Positions 32,035-39,400 of a stretch of DNA of 64,000 nucleotides are shown here, piece after piece. This stretch comes from an uncultured Thermoanaerobaculia bacterium (GTDB taxonomy: Bacteria > Acidobacteriota > Thermoanaerobaculia > Thermoanaerobaculales > Sulfomarinibacteraceae): positions 3,199 to 67,198 of the forward strand of contig CAYTTB010000006.1 in the NCBI GenBank assembly GCA_964440565.1, in the 5' to 3' direction. The notes beneath the pieces are model-generated. The model did not search any database and had not been told where the DNA came from. It worked only from the letters and a program-made list of their open reading frames with translations. Position numbers and translations under genes: made by a program. Position 1 is the stretch's first letter; every line of letters begins with the position of its first letter.

Positions 32035-32050
32035 AGCAGGCACCGTGCCA
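32035..32050 (-). promoter_or_regulatory. candidate sigma-54 (-24/-12) promoter for the HD-GYP gene
   Basis: The minus strand reads TGGCACGGTGCCTGCT (TGGCACG-N4-CTGCT). It lies 8 nt downstream of the radical SAM stop and about 69 nt upstream of the TTG start at 31967. Confidence 0.5.
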
Positions 32051-32057
32051 GCCCGGG

Positions 32058-33587
32058 TCAGGCGTCCGGGTCGGCGGCGTCCCGCGCATGACCCGGGGCG
32101 TCGCCCAGGACGATACCGGCACGCTCGAGCATCCGCTCCATCGCCGGTGGCATCCCGGCCTCCGCCGCCATCCGCCGCATCTGCTCCCCCAGGTAGCTGT
32201 GCTCGATGAGGAGCTTGAGCACCGCCACCATGAACCGGCGCTTGTGCCCGGGCAGCTCCCCGAGGCGGCGGAACCGATCCCTGAAGAACTCCCCCGTGGC
32301 CCGGTGCAGCTCGCGGTTCATCTCCTCGACGGTCATCGCCCGCGGCTTCACCACCGCCTCCACGAGGTTGTACCTCCGGTAGTCGCGCGTCGCGAGGTAC
32401 GGCTCCAGCTCCGGGTAGATCTCGGCGTACGGCCACGGGGTGATGGCCAGGAAGAACGCCATGTCCGGCCCGTACCACTTGGCGAGCTCCACGGTGGCCC
32501 GGATGCTCTCCGGCGTCTCGTCCGGGGTGCCGAGGACGAAGCTCGTCTCGCTCACCATGCCGTGCGCGTTGATCAGCTCGATGGCGCGACGCGACTCCTC
32601 CACCTTCACGTCCTTCCGGTAGAGGTCGAGCGTGGCCTGGCGGGTGGATTCCACGCCGACGTAGATGTGCGCCACCCCGGCCTCGGCGTACCGCTCCAGG
32701 ATGTCCTCGTCGCGCACGATGTCCACCACACGGGTCTCCAGCAGCAGCTGCACCCCGACCTCGCGCTCGACGAGAAGGTCGAGGATGCGCTCCCACCGCT
32801 CCCGGGAGACCGTGGGCGTCTCGTCCGAGAGCATCGCCACCCGGACGTCGTACCGGTCGCGGAGGTGCTCGAGCTCGGCCACGAACGACTCCGGCGACCG
32901 CGCGCGCCAGCTCCGCTCCCAGAACAGCTGCTGCGAGCAGAAGGAGCACCGCTGGCGGCACCCCCGGGAGGAGCAGACGATGGCCAGCCGCCCGTCGGGG
33001 TACGGGCGGTACCGGTACGGCGTCCAGTCGAGCAGGTCCCACGCCGGGTGCAGGGCATCCAGGTCCGCCACGTACCCCCGCGGCGGGGTGCACACCGGGC
33101 GGCCCTCGTGCCGGAAGGCGATCCCCTCCACCTCCGCCAGGCTGCCGCCGGCGGCGACCGCCCGCACCAGGTCCGCGAGGGTCGGCTCCCCCTCCCCCCG
33201 GACGACGACGTCCACGTCAGGATCCTGCGACAGGATCTCGCGCCAGCAGAAGGTGGGGTGGACGTTGCCCAGCACCGTGAGGATTCCCGGGGCGATCCGC
33301 TTCGCGGTGGCGCACACCTCGCGGGCGTCGGGCTCCATCGCGGTGATCGCCGTGACCCCCACGATGTCCGGACGCCACGTCTCGATCTCGCGCGCGATGT
33401 CCTCGTGCGTGTGGTCGAGCGACATCGCGTCGTAGATCCGCACCTCGGCGCCCGCCTCCCGCGCGGCGCCGGCGAGGTAGACGAAGTGGAGCGGCAGCCA
33501 GGTCCCGGCCGACTCCACGACGCCCGAGTGGTACGGTGGCGTCACCAGCATCACCCGGGGCCGCCTCCGGCGCGTCACGACCTCCAT
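32058..33587 (-). CDS. B12-binding-domain radical SAM protein (BchE-like class B)
   Basis: Real start taken as ATG 33587 (MEVVTRRRRPRVMLVTPPY). N-terminal cobalamin-binding Rossmann region (VRIYDAMSL...DIVGVTAITA). Radical SAM cluster motif CSSRGCRQRCSFC (CX3CX2C). 509 aa. Last gene of the minus-strand cytochrome operon, 8 nt after the preceding stop. Confidence 0.85.
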   Translation of the reverse strand: MEVVTRRRRPRVMLVTPPYHSGVVESAGTWLPLHFVYLAGAAREAGAEVRIYDAMSLDHTHEDIAREIETWRPDIVGVTAITAMEPDAREVCATAKRIAPGILTVLGNVHPTFCWREILSQDPDVDVVVRGEGEPTLADLVRAVAAGGSLAEVEGIAFRHEGRPVCTPPRGYVADLDALHPAWDLLDWTPYRYRPYPDGRLAIVCSSRGCRQRCSFCSQQLFWERSWRARSPESFVAELEHLRDRYDVRVAMLSDETPTVSRERWERILDLLVEREVGVQLLLETRVVDIVRDEDILERYAEAGVAHIYVGVESTRQATLDLYRKDVKVEESRRAIELINAHGMVSETSFVLGTPDETPESIRATVELAKWYGPDMAFFLAITPWPYAEIYPELEPYLATRDYRRYNLVEAVVKPRAMTVEEMNRELHRATGEFFRDRFRRLGELPGHKRRFMVAVLKLLIEHSYLGEQMRRMAAEAGMPPAMERMLERAGIVLGDAPGHARDAADPDA

Positions 33588-33595
33588 ACGCCCCC

Positions 33596-33934
33596 CTATC
33601 CTCCCAGCATCCGCACCGTCCGCCACTGCCACCAGGTGCCGAGTCCGAACACCACGAGGAGCACCACGTGCTTGATCACCAGCAGCCGCCGTCTGGCGCG
33701 CTCCGCGTCGGGCCCGTAGACGTCGGGGACGTAGGTGAACCCGCGCCCGGCGCCGGTGAGCAGGACCACGGCGATGGCCGCGAGCCCCATGTGGAGATGA
33801 GCGCGGGCCAGCTCCGCGACGAGCTCGCCGGGCCCCCGGCGGGCGAGCACCCACACCGCCACCACCGTCGCGGCCCAGAACCCCGCCGCGAGGTCGTGGA
33901 CGAACCCGATCACGATGGAAAGCGCCGTCCGCAT
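33596..33934 (-). CDS. small integral membrane protein (3-4 TM), unknown function
   Basis: 112 aa from ATG 33934 within track ORF 33596..34873. Hydrophobic helices include ALSIVIGFVHDLAAGFWAATVVAVWVL and VIKHVVLLVVFGLGTWWQW. It starts 9 nt after the ccsA stop. Confidence 0.5.
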   Translation of the reverse strand: MRTALSIVIGFVHDLAAGFWAATVVAVWVLARRGPGELVAELARAHLHMGLAAIAVVLLTGAGRGFTYVPDVYGPDAERARRRLLVIKHVVLLVVFGLGTWWQWRTVRMLGG

Positions 33935-33942
33935 CCCAACCC

Positions 33943-34764
33943 TCACTGGAAGTACGCGGAGTGCAGGGTCGGCATCAGGAACGGCAGCACCAGGAGCGTG
34001 AGCACCACCAGCGCGAAGGCGCCGACGGCCGACCAGGCGGTGGCCCTCGGGCCCATCCGGAAGAAGCGCCGGGCGTGCAGCAGCGAACCGTAGGCCAGCC
34101 AGGTCACCAGAGACCACGTCTCGATGGGGTCCCACCCCCAGTACCGCCCCCACGCCTGGTTCGCCCAGATGGCGCCCGCCGCGATGTTCACGGTCCAGAA
34201 CACCATCCCGAATCCGACGGCGCGGACCAGCGTCGCGTCCAGCACCTCCACCGGCGGCACGCGGTCCGCGAACCGGCCCCACGCCCGGCCGCCGCGGAGC
34301 ACGAGCACCGCCAGTCCCACGGAGACCAGGAAAGCCGCCGCCGAGAGCTTCGCGAAGGTGACGTGGAACACCAGCCAGATCGAACGCAGGGTCGGCGGCA
34401 CCTCGCGGATCGCGGGGTCCGCGAACTGCGCCAGCGCCACCATCAGGATCGCCGCCGGCAGGACGACCACGGCGACGGGCAGCCATCGCGGCCGGAAGCG
34501 GACGAAGAGGAGCAGGGCCGCCACCATCACCCAGGCGTCCGACGACAGCACCTCGAACCGCATCATGTACGGCCCATGGCCGGCGGCGATCCAGCGGCCG
34601 ATCAACGCCGCCCCGTGGACGGCGAGACCCCCGGCCGCCGCCCACAGCCCGGCCCGCGCCCACCTCTCGCGCCCGAACAGGGTACCCGCGGTGACTCCCA
34701 CCGCGGCGAGGATGTAGACACCCACCGCCGCCCACTGGAGCCCGATCTGCCAGGCCGCGCTCAC
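33943..34764 (-). CDS. ccsA: cytochrome c biogenesis protein CcsA (System II heme-handling subunit)
   Basis: Trp-rich heme-binding motif WANQAWGRYWGWDPIETWSL with flanking conserved His residues (FHV, LLHARR). GTG 34764 forms a GTGA overlap with the upstream lipoprotein stop. The rest of track ORF 33943..35220 is shadow. Confidence 0.85.
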   Translation of the reverse strand: MSAAWQIGLQWAAVGVYILAAVGVTAGTLFGRERWARAGLWAAAGGLAVHGAALIGRWIAAGHGPYMMRFEVLSSDAWVMVAALLLFVRFRPRWLPVAVVVLPAAILMVALAQFADPAIREVPPTLRSIWLVFHVTFAKLSAAAFLVSVGLAVLVLRGGRAWGRFADRVPPVEVLDATLVRAVGFGMVFWTVNIAAGAIWANQAWGRYWGWDPIETWSLVTWLAYGSLLHARRFFRMGPRATAWSAVGAFALVVLTLLVLPFLMPTLHSAYFQ

Positions 34765-35267
34765 CGCCCGCTCCCGTGCGGTGCTCGGCCCCCACCCTCC
34801 CATCCGGGGAGACGGCGGCCCACCCTGGGCGGCTCCCGGAACCAGGTACGCGCCACGATCCACTCCCCCCCACGGCGCTCGAGGCGGTACGCCACGCGAT
34901 ACTCGTCCTCGGACTCCGGACCCGTGGGCCGGCCGCTCCCCAGCTCCCGCTCGCGGTACCGCCACCGCTCGTGCGTCACCGCGGTCACGGAGCCGTCCTC
35001 CTCCCGGCGGAACCCTTCCAGCTCGAGCTCGACGAGCTCCGCATCCAGCACCCGGCCCATGTCGAGCCGGACACCGATCAGACCGGTGATCTTCTTCGCC
35101 TCCTCCGGGCCGGCCACCGACTCGACCAGTGCGGGGTCCGCGGTGCGGTACGCCTCGACCACAGTGCGATTGTAATTCAGAATCGCCTTCTCCACGGTCG
35201 AGGCCGCGGGCCGCCCGCACCCTGCCACCGCGCCCGCCAGCGCCACCGCCGCCGCGAGCCTACGCAT
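34761..35267 (-). CDS. lipoprotein of unknown function inserted between ccsB and ccsA
   Basis: 168 aa. Signal plus lipobox MRRLAAAVALAGAVAGC. The soluble domain reads AILNYNRTVVEAYRTADPALV...EWIVARTWF. Both ends are translationally coupled. Confidence 0.6.
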   Translation of the reverse strand: MRRLAAAVALAGAVAGCGRPAASTVEKAILNYNRTVVEAYRTADPALVESVAGPEEAKKITGLIGVRLDMGRVLDAELVELELEGFRREEDGSVTAVTHERWRYRERELGSGRPTGPESEDEYRVAYRLERRGGEWIVARTWFREPPRVGRRLPGWEGGGRAPHGSGR

Positions 35268-36498
35268 CCGTGCACGCCCTCTCCCGCGCGGCGATCCGCT
35301 CGAGCAACGTCGCGCCGAGCGGGACGAACCGGCGCGGCCACACGGCCACCGTCACCCGCTCGACGTCCCCCTGGGGCTCCACCACCACCGCGACGTCGGC
35401 CGGTACCACCGCGAACAGCAACGTCACCCCCAGCACCACCAGCCCCATGCCGAGCCACGCCAGCACCAGGAACGGATCCTGGCCGCCCAGCAGCCGCACC
35501 CAGGGACGCACCCCCCTGTGGGTGACGCGTCCGAGTCCGGGAACGAACGCCGACTCCCCGGGCGCGAGCGACCCCACCCACACCGCCACCCCATCGCGGA
35601 GGAGGCGCAGGGCCGCCACCCCCGAGGGCGCCACCCGGACGCGCAGCTCCGATCCTCCGCCCAGCCGGGCCCGTCCGCTCGCCGCGGCGCCGGGGCGGTG
35701 CTCCGCCAGCACCGCGAGCCGGCGGCTGCCCACCTCGAGCAGGGCGGCGACCCCGTGCCGCTGGTCCAGCCACACGGTTCGCGAGCCCAGGTGCAGCGGC
35801 CGGTTGATGGCGAGGCGGCGCTGCCGGCCGGCCACGGAGACCACCGCCTCCAGCGCCCTGAGACGTCCACCCTCGCCGTACTCGGCGTGAACGCGCCGCA
35901 GCGTGAGGGGCCGCCGGAGTGCGAACGACCGGCCCAGCGCTCCCGGCCATTGCGCCGCCCACGCCGAGGAGACGGGGCGCAGCGTCTCGCCCTCCAGGAG
36001 GTCCACCACCCCGCCCGCCCCCAGGAGCGCACGCAGCATCCCCGCGATCGCCACCAGCAGGAGCCCGAGGTGCAGGAGCGGGGAGCCCGCCAGACCCAGG
36101 CGGCCGTGCCGCCTCACCCACGTCCTTCCCCCACCCGCCGGCCGCGTGAAGACCGTCCTGTGTGGCGCGGCGAGCAGCCGCCCGGGGGTGGGCCGGCGGC
36201 GCCACTCGCGTGGCAGGCGCCCGAGCAGGTCCCACGTCACCACCGCCAGCGAGGCGGTGCACGCCGTGACCACCGCCACGAACGGCCACGATGCGAACAC
36301 GTGGTCGAGGCCCAGCGCCGCGGCCCATCCGGGCGTGGGAGGCCCCGCGGCGCCGCGCTGCGGGATCGCCGCCCCCACCACCGCCAGGACGGCGAGCGCG
36401 CCGAGCTCCGAGGCGATCACCGCGCGGCGGCGCAGCACCCTCCCCGGACGGAGTCGCCGGGGGAAGGCCGCGGCGGCGCGCGCGGCGGTGACCGCCAT
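35260..36498 (-). CDS. ccsB: cytochrome c biogenesis protein CcsB/ResB-like
   Basis: ATG 36498 overlaps the giant cytochrome stop (TGATG). N-terminal TM with the VVGAAIPQ motif, a second TM (FASWPFVAVVTACTASLAVV), a large periplasmic domain and a C-terminal TM. This is the typical ResB architecture. Confidence 0.7.
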   Translation of the reverse strand: MAVTAARAAAAFPRRLRPGRVLRRRAVIASELGALAVLAVVGAAIPQRGAAGPPTPGWAAALGLDHVFASWPFVAVVTACTASLAVVTWDLLGRLPREWRRRPTPGRLLAAPHRTVFTRPAGGGRTWVRRHGRLGLAGSPLLHLGLLLVAIAGMLRALLGAGGVVDLLEGETLRPVSSAWAAQWPGALGRSFALRRPLTLRRVHAEYGEGGRLRALEAVVSVAGRQRRLAINRPLHLGSRTVWLDQRHGVAALLEVGSRRLAVLAEHRPGAAASGRARLGGGSELRVRVAPSGVAALRLLRDGVAVWVGSLAPGESAFVPGLGRVTHRGVRPWVRLLGGQDPFLVLAWLGMGLVVLGVTLLFAVVPADVAVVVEPQGDVERVTVAVWPRRFVPLGATLLERIAARERACTDA

Positions 36499-39400
36499 CA
36501 GTTCCAGTTCTCCGTCGCCGCCCGCCTGTGGTTGCCGGTGCACGCCGCCTGACAGTTCCGCTTGTTGTAGTTGTTGTACGCCGACGCCTTGGTGAACGAC
36601 TGGATCTGCATGGTGTTGAGATCACCGTTGTAGGCGTACCGGGGCGGCATCGCAGAGTCCCGGTCACCGATCAGGCGCGACATCTTGCCCCCGTGCGGGA
36701 TCACGATGTGGCAGGAGTAGCACCTGATGCTGGTCCGGTTGTGGTCCCCTTTCGAGTGCACGTTGTTCACGTTGACGTGGCAGTTGGCGCAGAAGCTCTG
36801 GTCGTACTGGTTCAGCTGCAGGTTCGGCCACGCGGTGTTGGGCCCGCGCAGCAGGAACTGCGCCGCCGAGCCGTGCGGTCCCTGGACCGCCCCAGCCGCC
36901 GTGTCGTCGTTGTCGTGGCAGTCCGAGCACATCATGGTCTGGTTGCCCGGGTTCGTATTCCACGGTGCCTTGAGCTGGGCCGCGGCCAGCGGCGTGGTGT
37001 TGGGGCCCGAGCCGGTCGTGGCCACCACCGGATGGAACGACCGGTTGTTGGGGTTGAACTCCTGCGCCACGTCGGTCTCCGGTGCGTTGGCCTGGCTCCC
37101 GTTGGCCGAGATGCCGTTCGGGGGGTTCACGCCGAAGGCGAAGGAGCTGTGGCACTTGAAGCAGATCTCGTACTCGTAGGTGGCCTCGTTCACCGGCGTG
37201 AAGTTGGACGCCGTGGTCCCCTGGAAGTTCGCCAGGCCGGCGTACGCGAAGCTCACCCCGGAGACCCCCTTGAGCGGGCTGTCCGCCGCGATCTGGTTGC
37301 GGCTGGCGGTGGCCGTGGCGCTCCAGTCGTGCCGGGTCGGCCCGGCGGCGTGCGGCGCGTGACAGTCGAGGCAGCTCACGTGGCGGCTGGCACCCGAATA
37401 GGTGCCGTCGTTGTAGCCCGCGCCCTGCTCGGCCACGGTGTCGTGCACGGTGTCGGCCTCCACCGGGTGGGCGACCGTCTTGGCCATCACCGTGGCCAGG
37501 TCCTTCCCCGAGAGGTCCTGGCCCTTCGTCCCGTTGCCGTGGCAGTTGTAGCAGATGAAGTCGGCGGGGGTGCCGGCTGGGTTGATGGAGCCCGCGAGCA
37601 GCTTCGGGTAGTCGGAGAAGTGCACCGCACCGAGGCCGGTCCCCGAGGCATCGGGGAACCCGTCGGTGCGGTTCGCGTGGCACTTGGTGCAGTTGCGGTC
37701 GAACGTCGAGCCGTCGTGGAGGGTGTACGTCCAGGTCCCGTACGCGTTGGCGGTGTAGTTGTGGGCCGAGGCGGCAAAGGTCGCCGCGTCGATCGCCGGC
37801 CGCCCGGTGGCCACCGCGTTGCGGTGGCACGAGACGCACATCCCGCCGCTTCCCGCTCCGGCGTCGAAGTCGGTCCTGGCCGGCGACCCGGCGGTCACGA
37901 GCCCGCCGCTGTCCCGGGCAACGGAACGGCTCGCCGCCGTCGAGGCGTCGGTGTGGACGTCGTACTCGTGGGTCGTGGAGCCCGGCGTGTTGTGGACGTG
38001 GTCGGTGTGGCACATGTTGACGCACGAGCGGTCCGCGGGAGCCACCGTGTCGAGCGGCGCGGTCCAGCTCACGCCGGAGTCCTGGAACGAGTCGTTCACC
38101 TCCCGGACGTTGCCCAGCGCGTGCCGGCTGGTCTTGGGCACGGCCCCCGTCATCCCCTCCCAGATGGTGGCGTGACACACGGAGCAGTCGGCGCGGCCCT
38201 TGCTCTCGCCGGCGGCGAACCCGTTCGAGTGCGGGTGACAGCCCACGCAGCGGGTGGCCTGGTTGTGGGTGTGGTCCCCGCCGGAGGTGTCGTTGCGGTA
38301 GTGGTTCGTCTTGGTGTGACAGACCTCGCAGATCCCGTCGGAGTAGTCGGTCAGCGAGGCACCGAGGTAGCCGCCCGAGGCCGGGTTGGTCGCGCCGGCG
38401 CGGTCGTCCTGGCGGAACACGACCGTCTTCACCCCGCTCGAGGGCGTGCGGAGCTGCTCCCGGATCAGGTAGATGTTCGTCGTCCCGTGCGGCGTGTGGC
38501 AGGTGAGGCAGTCCACCGCCCAGGACCCGTAGTTGCCTCCGGTCCGCTGGCTGGAGTGGGTCGGGATGTTGTGGCAGTCGAGGCAGATCTGCGATCCGTG
38601 CGTCCGCCGCAGGAGGGTCCCGCCCCCCGCCGGGCGCCCGCCGGCGTTCGCCACCTTGAACCCGCGGCCCGCCCGCGCCACGTTGCCCGCGGCGTCGGTG
38701 GCCTCCACCTCCAGGCGGTGGAAGCCGCCCGCGAGCACCGTGGTGTCGAGGGTGATCTCGTACACCGTGCAGGAGGGCCCGCAGTCGTAGTTCGCGCTCG
38801 CCGTCACCGCCGTCGACCAGCTCCCGCCGTCGAGGCGCCAGCGGACCGCCGAGCCCCCGGCCAGCCCGCCCTCGTCGTACACCTGCACCTTCGCCACCTC
38901 CGTCCCGCCCACGACGGCCCCCTCCGCGGGCACCAGGAAGACGATGGTCGGGGCCGCGGTGTCGGCGCCGCAGGCGGGGGTCGTGTACGGCCCCAGCACC
39001 TCGGGGTTGGTTCCGGTGACGCCGTCGGGGTCCGTGTAGGTCACCCGCAGCCAGTACTGGGTGCCCGGCGTCAGGTTGGTGACCAGGCAGACGCGCGGCG
39101 ACGGTCCCGTCACGGCGGCGCACGCCGTGGTCCCCGGCCACGCGTTCGTGGTGTTGTACTCCACGGCCATCGAGCCGTCGCCGTCCTCGTCGCCGGTGAA
39201 GTCGCCCGTCACGGTGATCTGCCGGCACGCCGACACCACGGCCGAGTTGGCGACGATGGTGGTGTCGTTCACGGTGCAGGCGGGAGTGGTGACCGGCCCC
39301 ACCACCTGCGGGTTGGTCCCGCTGACACCGTCGGGGTCGGCGAAGGTCACGCGGTAGTAGTACGTCGTCCCCTCGGTCAGGCCCGTATCCACGCAGACGC

